A stretch of 64,000 nt of DNA from Octopus sinensis (GCF_006345805.1 NC_043001.1:115320001-115384000), one strand, 5' to 3'; shown: positions 1 to 13,183, counted from the stretch's first letter. The notes: a model not told the origin generated them from the letters alone. Numbers and translations are program-made.

Positions 1-70
1 CCATACTAATCTTAATAAGACTGCCATATTAGTATGGCGATAACTATATATATATATATATATATATATA

Positions 71-452
71 GTAATACTAAGTAATTAAGGGTTTAGCAAC
101 GATTTGCCTCACCACACACCGAATTTAGAAATAGCAGTCAAAGAGTTATGGCTATTCTTTCTACTTAAGAGAGAGATCTCAGTAAAACTACAGCACTTAA
201 AAGGCAAACAACGCAGGTAAAAGAGAAAGAAATGACGACAATCATTCTATATTAAGTCACCTACGGACGTACGTTTCGAAATTAAGTCATAGGAAAGCAT
301 AAAAATTAAATAATTATGTCTTACCCGACTACTTTTCTCCTCAGCGTAGGACTCTACAATTATGAATAATTGTGTATTAAATTTGGCGGCACTAGAAGAC
401 ATCACCTCAACTCATGGTATCAGAGCGAGCGTAAGCCGTGACCAGTACCACC
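71..452. repeat. Partial copy of an unclassified ~600-bp interspersed repeat (family X), flanked by (TA)n
   Basis: Aligns by eye along its whole length with 53571-53975 (shared blocks include agggtttagcaacga, gaatttagaaatagcagtcaaagagttat, ctacggacgtacgtttcgaaat, gtatcagagcgagc). (TA)n tracts lie on both sides. Confidence 0.85.
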
Positions 453-486
453 AATATATATATATATTATATATATAATATATATC

Positions 487-518
<32 letters not shown>

Positions 519-640
519 ATATATACATATACATATACATATGTATACCTACATATATATACATATATATTTATATGCATAAATATACATAATTATTGAT
601 CACCTTTAGTTTTACCAGTCGAATATAATATATAAATATG

Positions 641-691
641 AATATAATTGTTGAAGAGGTCCAATAAGACCGAAATATGTCCTTTATGATT
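641..691 (+). ncRNA. Degenerate minimal type-I hammerhead ribozyme-like motif
   Basis: TTGAAGA (651-657; CUGANGA with C3>U), stem II ggtc/caataa/gacc (658-671), GAAA (672-675), then tatGTC (GUC triplet). Stem I is poorly paired. Confidence 0.4.
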
Positions 692-1541
692 TTCACTAGT
701 TATCTTTAAAAGCAATACCCAAGACCATGTGACTTATCAATTTTATCTAAAATTTTCAATTTACTAATCTTAATAACGTTTTTCTATCTTGCTTGTTATT
801 TTCATGTTGCAAACTCCCCCTATTACGTTGTCTTGTCAACCAATCGTATAAATAATCTCAGTTAATACAAGCTTCTTTTGTTTGTTTGTTTGTTTGTTTT
901 TTGTTTTTGTTGTTGTTGTCTTTTTTCATTTTGCTGTATTTCAACACACGTGATACCCTGTGAGAAACTACCATATTCGCCAATTATACAGTTACACAGT
1001 GCACTTGCTGTCTTACAAGAGCGGGTTCGTACTTGCCAGTTGGTTCTTAGCTCCATCTAGAGAGCTAAGTGAAATATTGGTGATAACAATAATGAGAGAA
1101 GACATAAACTTTCTCTCCCACCGATAACCGATAGATTTCGAAACGGTAGCAGCCACCAAATTCTCTGTCTCAGAAGTCTGTTAAGTGCATCAGATTTACT
1201 AACAAGTAGAGAAACTCTCTGAGTGGAATCATGTTAAAACGAAATACTATAACTACGACAGTCCTACTTAACACAGGTAATTGAATGAATGCGCAGTCAC
1301 AACTCACCTGCGGTTATTCATGTTTTTTTTGTTCGTTTTTTTTGTGGGGGGGGAGGGGCTTTTCTTTTTACTCTGTTCTCTTTATCAATAACTGATTTTT
1401 AAAAAAGTAAATGAATACATCAAAGGGCATAGTTTCTAAGTGCTATAGACACATGTCTATGTATCATTATGTGAAAACGTGTGCTATGTATCTTGGTGAC
1501 TATGAACGCGTGCGTGTATGTATCCAGATAGATTGTTATTA

Positions 1542-1583
<42 letters not shown>

Positions 1584-2004
1584 CATACATATGTATATAC
1601 ACACACACATACACACACAACACAACAACACAACATTATATATATATATATAATATAATATATATATATATATATATAATATATATATTGGCTCGAGCAA
1701 TGTGTAAAGAGATATAAAGTACGCATATGATAAAAAAATTCATATTTTAGTATACATGAATATATACATATGTGATGCGTATATTTGAATACGTGTGCGC
1801 TTGTATGGATGCATGCATATGTGAGTATTTATTTATGACTATATGTGTATGCATATAATATACAGATACACACACATACACATATATATATACATATACA
1901 CACACATATGTATAGATGTAAATATATATATACATATATATTTGCCAATCTATGTATATATAGATATAAATATATATGTGTATGTATGTGTACATATCTA
2001 TGTT

Positions 2005-2072
<68 letters not shown>

Positions 2073-2699
2073 TATATATATGTGTGTATGTATATATATA
2101 TGTATATGTATTAGTGTATATATGTATATGCGTGTATATATATTTATATACACGTATACGTATAGATATCTATGAATGTTTTGTCTATAGGTGTATGCGT
2201 ATGTATACAATCATAAATAAATCTACATAAATATGTATTGGCATATATGTGTGAGCGAACGGTTATAAATGTAGGTACACGTGTATGCATCTGTACACGT
2301 ATGTATATGTATTATTAAATTATATGGTAACTTTTCCAACAACGTGAAATATTATTCTAGATTAAAATCACTAGCACAGACCTTAGGCATCTATATTGCG
2401 GTAGCCTATATAGATTTTATATATGCATATATATAAATATATTTGTAGAAGTACATTGTATTATTGATAGAATCAGTGAGTTGCCGAGGATAAGAACGCA
2501 TTGCAGTATCTAGTTACGCTCTTGTATGTTCTAATTTCAAATTTCTCAGACAACACTTTCCATTTATCCTGTCATATTCGATAGAATAATTTACCAGCTG
2601 TATGCTTACTGCGCATTCACTGATCGTTGGTTCATCTAGAAGTCAAGCAATCAGCTATTATATCCAAACTGTTGCATTGAGGCATACATAAAATATCCT

Positions 2700-3250
2700 T
2701 TCTACTAAAGGCACAAGGTCTGAATTTGGGGATGAGGGGACTAGTCGATTACATTAGGTTTCACTGGTACCTAATGATGAAAGGTAAAGTCGACCTCGGC
2801 GTAATTTGGACTCAGAACATAGCGACGAGCAAAATACCTATTTCTTTACTACCCACAAGGGGCTAAACACAGAAGGGACAAACAAGGACAGATAAACGGA
2901 TTAAGTCGATTACATCGACCCCAGTGCGTATCAGGTATCATTTAATCGACTCCGAAAGGATGAAAGGCAAAGTCGACCTCGGCGGAAGTTGAACTGAGAA
3001 CAGAGCGAACGACGAAATACCTATTTCTTTACTACCCACAAGGGGCTAAACACAGATGGGGACAAACAAGGACAGACAAACGGATTAAGTCGATTACATC
3101 GACCCCAGTGCGTAACTGGTACTTAATTTATCGACCCCGAAAGGATGAAAGGCAAAGTCGACCTCGGCGGAATTTGAACTCAGAACGTAACGGCAGACGA
3201 AATATGGCTCCCATTTCGCCCGGCGTGCTAACGATTCTGCCTACTCACCA
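2700..3250 (-). mobile_element. Tandem array of three tRNA-derived SINE units (family D, Nin/Deu-like body)
   Basis: Three units carry gagttcaaattccgccgaggtcgactttgcctttcatc or close variants. The first unit has the full head; the next two start at gtattt directly after the tail aaagaaatag. Confidence 0.85.
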
Positions 3251-3647
3251 TCCTAAGAAATACATAATACGAATGACAATTGTTGTTTTTGTTTTTGTTG
3301 CTGTTATTACCTTTTCTTTATTCACCACATGGGCCCGAAGCTATTCAAAAATATAAAACTTTCTCTAAGAATAAGAAACAAAGAAATGGGAAAGACAAAA
3401 GAAAAAGACGCGCATATTGAGGTTTTAAATGTTCATATATTTACACGGAAATAAATCTTAAAAAGTACAGTACAATACAGAGTTGTTAAAACAATATGTA
3501 ATTGAAAGGAATAAAACTTAAAAGATTACACGACAGGTTGCCTTTTTGTATTTCACGACCCTATACATTAACTATTTTTTCAATTTTGTATGAGTGCAAC
3601 CAGATATGCCAGTAAGCATGTTTTTTAAGATGTGGTGCTGAAAAACT

Positions 3648-4047
3648 TCAACGTCTTCGAAGATTCACTTTGAGCTCGTTGTCATGTTTTAGTTTCAGTT
3701 TTATTAATAATTTATAATTTGTGTTTTCCATATAATCAGAAATTATGTATAACAAATGCATAATTTCTTTATTAATTTCTTTCGTTGGTGTCCTAATGAC
3801 TGTGAATCTTAATTCTTCTTCGTCTTCTTTATTTTCTATACTTTTCTGGGGAAAGGTATCATTCTCATTTTCAAGAAATTGTTCTTCATCCATTTCCATT
3901 GTTTCGCGGCTATTTTTGGAGATGTTTTTTCCACTTTCTTCTTTTGTTTTCCCCTCTGAAACTATTATTTCTTACTCATCGCAAGACGACGGTGTGATAG
4001 TACCGATTTGTGTTGTTAGAGAGGAAGTGTTTGCTCATTATTTCACA
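3648..4047 (-). pseudogene. Acidic, non-microsatellite open frame remnant running into the gap; product unknown (possibly a TE ORF)
   Basis: ORF 3648-3899 (MEMDEEQFLENEND...KLKHDNELKVNLRRR) extends upstream in frame with a single stop almost to the N gap. I recognise no homology. Confidence 0.3.
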
Positions 4048-4147
4048 NNNNNNNNNNNNNNNNNNNNNNNNNNNNNNNNNNNNNNNNNNNNNNNNNNNNN
4101 NNNNNNNNNNNNNNNNNNNNNNNNNNNNNNNNNNNNNNNNNNNNNNN
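4048..4147. other. Assembly gap (100 N)
   Basis: Run of exactly 100 N. Confidence 1.
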
Positions 4148-5876
4148 CATGTGCATATACATACATACTTATGTGTGTGTAGATAGTCATATGCAAACAT
4201 ACACACAGATATATGTACATACATACATATTTTCAGACACACACATACATACACACACACACATATACACACACACACATATATATATATATAACATATA
4301 TGTATATATGTATGTATGTATATACCATGTATGTAAGTATGTATGTATTTGTATATATACGTATGTATATGTACAAATGTTTGTATACATAAATGTATGT
4401 TAATATATATAAAACATATATGCTGTATATTATGATATATATATATATATACATTTTAATACATATGTATAGATGTATTATACATACATATATATGAAGG
4501 TTGATATTAGTATGTGTATGTGTGTGTTTTCATGTAAATATCTGAAATATCTATACACACCTAAACATACAGGCATCTATGTATATTTATGTTTATATAT
4601 GGGTGGGCTAATGTATGTATCTCACAGTTTAAATATGAGTACGGATACAAAGAGAAACAACGAAATGTATATCATATAATTGAATATTTTGTATACGTAC
4701 GTGTACACATTAATATATGTTTGTATGTATATTATAATGTACATACATGTGTGTGTGTTTGTACATGCAGAAGGGAATTTTTTTTTTAAACATACTTGTT
4801 TACATAGACCCGTGCATAAAAGATGTAAAGCATAACATGAGATTGATTGTATTCGAAGCCAGACTACGTTTGAACAAAATCCTTTCTACCTCAAAATGCT
4901 CGACAAGTTCGAATTTAAATATTCAAATCACGCTATTAAAGCTATATAGCTGTAAATATATGTCAAATACTCCAAGCAATTATTTCCATGTTTAAACCTA
5001 CGAGAAGCGTCTGTAAAACTGAATAAAAGTAGTATGATAAGGGCTTTGACCATATAAACGTTATCATTCTAGCTTTATTTCTCTACTCTTATCCATGTCT
5101 ATGGAAGGTTTTCGAAGACTATAGTGCTATCAATATGCAATCACAGCGTCAACGGAATCTTATGACTGAAACAAGTAAACGAGTATGAGAGAAAATACAT
5201 ATGGTTTTGAGAGAACGAAGCGCTATAATAAAAAAAAAATATTAAACATATTTTGTATGTATCTCTAAGTGCAATTGCTTTTGAAATATCAGCTATGATA
5301 TTTTTAAGGGGTGTCACTCGAACGCTATTGTTGTATTTATCATTATATATTTTATAAAACTATTAAATCTCGTATTTTATCAATATTTTGTGATACAAGT
5401 AGCGAGATAACGTAGTGGTGTTTAAGAAGGTATTTTGGTACATACGCAGGCGAAGAAATTATTTCGATCGCTGTCCAGTCTTCAATAACATATTTTATGT
5501 GCTGCTCAAGAATACAAGAAATACAGAATGAGTTGACGTGTCTAAAAGACACAATTTTATATTTTTAGATTAAATTATTATTCAAATATCAGGTATGTCT
5601 CCTTAATAATATCGAATGGTAGTTGTAATGTTCTGAAGATATTGTTATGCTAATAATACCAAATCTTAAATTGATTTGTTGTTATTCCGATGCGCAGCTC
5701 ACATTCATTCTGAGTAAAATGCTTCATAGAAAACTGATTTTTCTAGACAATTGTTATTGAATAGATATACACTTTTTGCATTACAGTTTCGTTTAAGGGT
5801 ATTAATCTTTTTTGTTTGCTGATAATTTGTTTTAATTATTAATTCTAATTCGCTTTGTGTTATTTATGAAACATAG

Positions 5877-5909
<33 letters not shown>

Positions 5910-6974
5910 GAAATCTTTTATGGTTGTGTACCTCCTTTTGATTAAATTTAGTTTGAAATTTTTTTTTACATCTATGTTCAGGTAGAAAGTTCAGTTTTCT
6001 ATTTGGTGTATTATCACAGATTGAATGTGATAAAATAAACCACGTCACCTTTTGCGTATCCGGTTACTGTACTCTGTGTATTTCTGATATTTAATATTTT
6101 CTATAAATGCTACTTCGTTAATTACAAATTTGCTACTATTTTGAACGAGGCTTCGTCATAAGAGACAGCCGACATTCTTTCACATAAATTTACGGATATA
6201 TGTCTAAATGCACACAGTTGCAATTATGACGTGTGAGTGCATGTGCGCGCACGTGTGTGAGTGTGTGTGCATGTATGTATGTATGTATGTATGTATGTAT
6301 GTGTATGTATGTATGTATGTATGTATGTATGCATGTGCGTATCTATATTACTGAATCGTTTTGATTGCTATAAGGTTTAATCAACTTTAAATGTTACATG
6401 TAAGATATAAACATATTTGACGTTTCTACTTCCTATAAACGTTGACTAGTTTAGTTAGGTTTCTTTTCTTTTTCTGAATTTATAGTTAATATTTTCGAAG
6501 ATTGGTAAACCATCTTTTTTACCGATATTGCTATATTGACTGAAATTCAGTTTAAATATACAATATTTAAACTGATATTGCTATATTGATTGAAATTAAG
6601 TTTAAAATATACAAAACAAAAAAAAATACAAAGATTGGAAACTGATATTATCAACATGTTAAATAAGGTATGACTTAGAAAGTACATAAACAAATAACAA
6701 GCTTAGCTAGGAGGGAAGGCAACAGCCACGAAACTTCACAGGACCTCCGAAACATTTGAGAGCGAGGAAATAAGGTATCGTCAAACCGGAGACCTGACCC
6801 GAATGCTTGCGACGGAGTGGGCTCTACTAAATCTATCCAAGATGCCAATCTTTGATGTAAAAGCGCACGACGTATTAAGTCTAGAACCCAAGTTTTACTG
6901 CAGAGCACAATGAATCTGAACAAATAAAGCGAGGAATTTAGTCCGAAATTCTTACAGATCCACTGATCCACCGT

Positions 6975-7125
6975 CCTGAAGTGGTACATTTTTTATCAAC
7001 TCCGAAAGGATGAAAAGCAAAATTAATTTGGGAGAGATTTGAACTCAGATCTCCGAAAGTCTGAAAAAATATTTCAAAGTATTCTATCCAACGTCCTGAC
7101 AACTTCGCCAGGGCAAGCAGAATCT
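6975..7125 (-). mobile_element. Degenerate family-D SINE fragment
   Basis: Contains ccgaaaggatgaaaagcaaa...atttgaactcag, a diverged match to the family-D body and B box. Confidence 0.6.
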
Positions 7126-7399
7126 TGTCGAAAAAAGTTATCAACAAGATCTATTAAGCGTTCTGGTTTTTATCCAATGCACATTTTGCAGAGGAGTTTT
7201 GAATAGTTAAGGCGATAACTGTGCCCACTGCTTAGAGTCTTCCTCAAATAGCTTCCTGTTGAAATGCAAACAGAAGTAATCTCTATTTTGGACAATGAAC
7301 ATTCACGAAAGAAAGAGAATAACTAATACGATGGTTATAAAACCTTTGATGGCTTACCAAAAATTTTTATTATTTAAAGAGTCAGAATAGTAGATTTGC

Positions 7400-7870
7400 A
7401 GAATAGTAGATTTGCAGAATCGTTAGAGCGTGGAAATGAATGCCTAGTTTCATTTTTTTTTCCCGGATCTTTACGTTATGAATCGAAACCCCACTTATGT
7501 TAAACTTGCTTCTCTTCTTTTCGGGATCGATAAAATATAACATCAGTCAAGAAATGGGATTGATGTAACCTATTTATTTACTACCCACAAAGGGCTAAAC
7601 ATAGAGTGGACAAACAAGGACAGACAAATGGATTAAGTCGATTATATCGACCCCAGTATGTAACTGGTACTTAATTTATCGACCCCGAAAGGATGAAAGG
7701 CAAAGTCGACCTCAGCGGAATTTGAACTCAGAACGTAGCGGCAGACGAAATACCACTAAGCATTTCGTCCGACGTGCTAACGTCTCTGCCAGCTCGCCGC
7801 CTTTGGGATCGATGTAACCGACTAACTCCACCCCGTGAAAAATTGCTGGCTTCGTGCCTAAGTTTGATAC
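7400..7870 (+). mobile_element. Old family-D SINE (alternative tail) interrupted by a nested SINE
   Basis: Head gcagaatcgttagagcg, body cgggatcgataaaat, resumes at 7804 with gggatcgatgtaaccgact...cttcgtgcctaa. Confidence 0.6.
7571..7803 (-). mobile_element. Full-length family-D SINE with 16-bp TSD, nested in another SINE
   Basis: Complete head aaggcggcgagctggcag through tail. Flanking direct repeats tgggattgatgtaacc (7555-7570) and tgggatcgatgtaacc (7804-7819). Confidence 0.9.
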
Positions 7871-8219
7871 GTTTATTATTCACACGTATTTTCAGCAAGT
7901 AATCCATATCATGTCTAGGTCTGGAAATGAAACAAATCTTGGTGTATTATACATCAGCACAAAGCTATACATGTATATGAGAATATAGTTTGTTAAATAA
8001 AATTCTGTGTATACTTAGTGTGTTGGTGCCTGTTGTATTCACTTCACTGATTTGACAAAAAAAGTTAACCGTGTTAATATTTCAATTTCTGCTGTTGTAA
8101 ACAGTAACTATTCATTGCTGAATATCTTTGCTACAAGCTGCGTGTAATAATGTATGTATTTTTTTCATTATTGTTTGTAAGTACATTGGCATTACGCAGA
8201 AAGGAAGTTGATACCATTA

Positions 8220-8465
8220 TAGGCCTTTCTACAAAAACAGCAACAAAAGTAGCTGCAAATACAGTTACTGCAAAAGCCGGAAAACGGCAGGTGCAAGAAC
8301 AGTGGTGCTGCAAAAATAGCCATAGAAGTAACTCCAGAAACAGCCAATTAAGGAACATCGCGGCTGCTTTAAAGCCAAAGTTGTCCAAATCCTTGGTCCT
8401 GTTTTCTCACTGACGTACCAGAAATGTTACTAAGGCAACCAAAACATTAGCAAAACCAACAGCTT
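8220..8465 (+). pseudogene. Possible decayed Ala/Lys/Thr-rich tail (histone H1 C-terminal-like)
   Basis: TKTATKVAANTVTAKAGK...GAAKIA...AAALKPK...VTKATKTLAKPTA read across frameshifts. No H1 globular domain is seen. Confidence 0.3.
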
Positions 8466-9363
8466 TTTTTTTCCCTGCTGAGTGCAGTAACATTTACGAG
8501 TGTTTCGTCAACATGCAGCGTTAAATCTCCAAGCCCTTAGCAAAGTGCAATTAGGAAACAAGAGGTGTTACAACAACAAAACACAAAAAAACAGTAACAG
8601 TAACAGCAAGAGTAAAAGACTTTTTTTAAAGAATTATAAAGAAATAAAGTGCGTGTCCCTGACATGTGCTCAAGCCAAGTGTAAATAATTTGCTTTCAAT
8701 TACGATCATCTCTCCGTAATAAAACCCATACCAAACACAAGTGTACTAAAGCAAGATTTTTTTCTGTCCTCAAGCGAAAAATATCATTAAAATATTGACA
8801 TGAAATGACCTCGGCGTCTTAGTAAAAATGTATTTTAAAATTCCAATCATCTTTTTTAACAAGTTTTAATTTAAACAGAGTTGAAATGATCTCACTTTAC
8901 GGAAAGGAAAATTGCGAGAGGTTTGGTGAGTGCGGAGTTGTGAGGGGGTGTATAATGCGAATAGAAAATAATTTTATATATATATACATATATACATACA
9001 CGCACACACGTACATACACACGCACGCACACACAGACACACACGCACGCACACATACGCATACATACGTATAATACATACATTCGCACACACATACACAC
9101 ACGTACGCACACGCACACAAAAAATATATATAAACATATATATACATGTGTGTATGTAAGCATGTATTGCATGTTTGTAGATACACAAGCGTGTGTATGT
9201 GTGTATATATACGTATGTGTGAGTATATACATATATCTATGTATGTATGTGTGTGTATATATATATATATGGTATAGAAGATTAATCGTGCACATATAAA
9301 TGTCTCTCTCTGTCTTTGTGTGCTTGTGAGTTCGTGTGAGAGTGCATGTCTTTATGTACAGTC

Positions 9364-9364
<1 letters not shown>

Positions 9365-9394
<30 letters not shown>

Positions 9395-11210
9395 TGTATG
9401 TATGCATGTATGTATGTATGTATGTATGTATGTATGTATGTATGTATGAATGAATGTATGTATGTATGTATGTATGTATGAATGTATGAATGTATTATGT
9501 ATGTCTGTATGTATGTATGTATGTATGTATATGTATGTATGTATGAATGTATGTATGTATGTATGTATGTATGTATGTATGTATGCATGTATTATGTATG
9601 TATGTATGTATGTATGTATGTATGTATGTATGAATGTTGTATGTATGTATGTATGTATGTATGTAGATGTATGTATGTATGTATGTATGATGTATGTATG
9701 TATGTATGTATGTATGTTATGTATGTATGTATGTATGATGTATGTATGTATGTATGTATGTATGTATGTATGATGTATGTATGTATGTATGTATGTATGT
9801 ATGTATGTATGTATGTATGTATGTCTGTATGTATGTATGTATGTATGTGTATGTATGTATGTATGAATGTATGTATGTATGTATGTATGAATGTATGAAT
9901 GTATGTATGTATGTATGTATGAATGTATGTATGTATGTATGTATGTATGTATGTATGTATGAATGTATGCATGTATGAATGTATGAATGTATGAATGTAT
10001 GTATGTATGAATGTATGTATGTATGTATGTATTTATGTATGTATGTATGTATGAATGTATGTATGTATGTATGAATGTATGTATGTATGAATGTATTTAT
10101 GTATGTATGTATGTATGTATGTATGTATGAATGTATGCATGTATGAATGTATGAATGTATGAATGTATGTATGTATGTATGTGTATGTATGTATGTATGT
10201 ATGTATGTATGAATGAATGTATGCATGTATGAATGTATGCATGTATGAATGTATGAATGTATGAATGTATGTATGTATGTATGTATGTATGTATAAATGT
10301 ATGAATGTATGAATGTATGTATGTATGTATGAATGTATGTATGTATGTATGTATGTATGTATGTATGTATGAATGTATGAATGTATGAATGTATGTATGT
10401 ATGTATGAATGTATGTATGTATGTATGTATGTATGTATGTATGTATGTATGTATGAATGTATGCATGTATGAATGTATGAATGTATGTATGTATGTATGT
10501 ATGTATGTATGAATGTATGCATGTATGTATGTATGTATGTATGAATGTATGCATGTATGAATGTATGAATGTATGTATGTATGTATGTATGTATGTATGT
10601 ATGCATGCATGCATGTATGTATGTATGTATGTATGTATGTATGTATGTATGTATGTATGTATGAATGTATGTATGTATGTATGTATGAATGTATGTATGT
10701 ATTCATGCATGCATGATGTATGTATGCATGTATGTATGTTATGTATGTATGTATGTATGTCTGTATGTATGTATGTATGTATGTATGTATGTATGTAGTA
10801 TGAATGTATGTAGTATGAATGTATGTATGTATGTATGTATGTATGAATGTATGTATGTATGTATGATGTATGTATGTATGTATGTATGTATGTATGAATG
10901 TATGTATGTATGAATGTATGTATGTCTGTATGTATGTATGTATGTATGGATGTATGTATGTATGTATGTTATGTATGTATGTATGTATGTATGAATGTAT
11001 GTATGAATGTTGTATGTATGATGTATGTATGTATGTATGTATGTATGTATGTATGTATGTATGTCGTATGTATGTATGTATGAATGTATGCATGCATGTA
11101 TGTATGTATGTATGCATGTATGAATGCATGTATATATGTATGTATGTATGTATGTATGCATGCATGTATATATGTATGTATGTATGTATGCATGCATGTA
11201 TGTACGTATG
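9365..11210. repeat. ~1.85-kb (TATG)n microsatellite with GAAT/GCAT variant units
   Basis: Directly visible. It generates the 502-aa HTYI ORF artefact. Confidence 0.98.
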
Positions 11211-11479
11211 TTTGAGGAAATACAAATGTTGATGAGTGTATGGTAATGTGAATAAGTGATTGCTAAGTACTTGTACATTATATAAGTACTCTCAAAATTT
11301 TGTATACTATTATAGATAGATATGGATATATATCGATATAATAACAAATTTATATATACACTCATAAATAAGCATATACACATGTGCATGCACAGTTTTC
11401 TTCTGCATTTCCTCAACTTTCAAATTTCTTTATATCTCTAAATGTAAATTTTTTAATTGCTTCAGCTTCAAAGCTGCGG

Positions 11480-11625
11480 TCATGGATTTGTTAGACGGAA
11501 ACTGAAAAGAAGCCCGTCATATACATGTGTGTGTGTGTGTGTGTCTGTCTGTCTGTATTTGTCCCCTCACCGCTTGACAACCGGTGTTAGTGTGTTTACG
11601 TCCCCATAACTTAATGGTTCGGCAT
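11480..11625 (+). mobile_element. Partial family-C SINE
   Basis: gatttgttagacggaaactgaaaagaagcccgtc - (TG)n - cgcttgacaaccggtgttagtgtgtttacgtcccc. Confidence 0.75.
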
Positions 11626-12640
11626 CAAGTTTAAAACTTGATGTACGTATGCATGTGTATATGTGTGTGTGTTTTTACATTTATGTATGTGTTTTAGTTT
11701 GTATATGTGTCATATCAAGAAAGCAGTCATAATTAAGGGAGAGGTGTAGACTTAGTTAACTCTTACAGGATAGTCATGACTGGAAAACCGCCATGCTTCC
11801 CCAACTTGATCTCCGACACACATTTCGCTAACCATTAGCATTGCTGCATTTTGCTTCCAAGACTCCGAACAAAACATGCTTCGTCCCTTCCTATGCTTGT
11901 AACCCATTGAAATCTCCTCTGGACCCACATTATTTTCATATAAAACCAGTCTACAAAGGTTCAACTTCAACATTCGCCTCATCAGTCTCACTAATCGTGA
12001 GAAAACCCAAAACTATTGTGCAATTCTTTTCCCCCCTCTCATGCGCATGGGTCAGTGGTTAGAGCCATGTGTATATGTATATATATATATTGCGTGTGTG
12101 TGTGTGCGCGTGTGGTATCTCTAAGTAAACTCTGTAGAGTTTTATCAACACTCATCGTGGCTAGCCGGCTTTCAGAACCGATAAGAGATAAAACGGTAAC
12201 CGCCAGGATTACATATACCTCGAAACCAATTTTGAAGATATATATACATACATGTCCCCCTACATGGCTTTGCTTTTTGCTTTTTGAGCCAAAATATTAA
12301 CTAACTAACTAACATATATATGTATAGTTCTGGGAGTGAAAGAGATGTTAATAACATGTTTTCATCGGACATAGTGCCAAACGTACACAACGGTGCTACC
12401 GTTGTGAAACCAGGATTTTCTATACTTGAAGAATTTTGATATTGGTCTGGAACCGACAGCGTTGATAGCCCAAAACTCGAGTTGAGTGCTTCTCTGGGAA
12501 TACCCTACCAAGGCTTGAGATGTGTGTATGTTTGTGTATTAGTGCGTGTCAGTGTGTGTACCAGTGTATGTGTGTGTGTGTGGTAAGAATTACAAATGTA
12601 ATTTAATAATAGCTGAATTCATACATCTTAGAATTTTATA

Positions 12641-12719
12641 GGCTCGTAGAAAGTACCTCATCAAATATCTAGAGTAGAGTCCTTGAGATACGGTATGATA
12701 TAGGTTCGTTCTACGAGCC
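12641..12719. mobile_element. 79-bp micro-MITE with 11-bp TIRs and TA TSD
   Basis: TA|ggctcgtagaa ... ttctacgagcc|TA, perfect inverted repeat. Confidence 0.5.
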
Positions 12720-12894
12720 TACAAAAGTCGGAGTTGTACAGAGTTCAGTCAAACTGCTACTAATTACACATATATATAACATATATTATATATATATATA
12801 TATATTATATATATATATATATATGAACGTATATGTATTTTTATATACATATAACATACATATATTCACACACATATTGTAGCGAACATTTTTT

Positions 12895-12985
12895 TTGTAA
12901 GCCCTGTAAAAGAACTTGGATGGTTGAACCACCAACCACACCTTTCGCGAGACAAAGCCAGGAACTTTTTAGCACCCCCTTGTAT
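12895..12985. mobile_element. One end of a mariner-type MITE
   Basis: ccaggaactttttagcacccccttgta resembles the TIR of the mariner at 36774-36803. No partner TIR found. Confidence 0.5.
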
Positions 12986-12992
12986 GTAACTG

Positions 12993-13056
<64 letters not shown>

Positions 13057-13098
13057 GTATCTTTTTAGATATATACATATATATATACAAACATCCAC

Positions 13099-13132
<34 letters not shown>

Positions 13133-13152
13133 CGCACACATGCATATATATA

Positions 13153-13183
<31 letters not shown>

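Noticed and set aside
413-426. CA|TGGTATCAGAGC, resembling an LTR end plus a tRNA-iMet primer-binding site
   Set aside because: This is the plant-type PBS; metazoan iMet would give TGGTAGCAGAG. The second family-X copy reads ca|gtatcagagc without TG, and no paired TG...CA LTR or polypurine tract is visible.
5570-6070. Possible micro-exons (IKLLFKYQ with gtatgt donor; IECDKINHVTFCVSGYC)
   Set aside because: Such AG/GT pairs arise often in AT-rich DNA, and no coherent gene model results.
6521-6615. 50-bp tandem duplication (similar small ones at 7385-7420 and 63847-63888)
   Set aside because: Ordinary local slippage duplications; only two units, no spacers, not CRISPR-like.
9717-11225. 502-aa ORF and the other [16 protein letters not shown] ORFs throughout the track
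   Set aside because: Translations of stop-free microsatellites, not genes.
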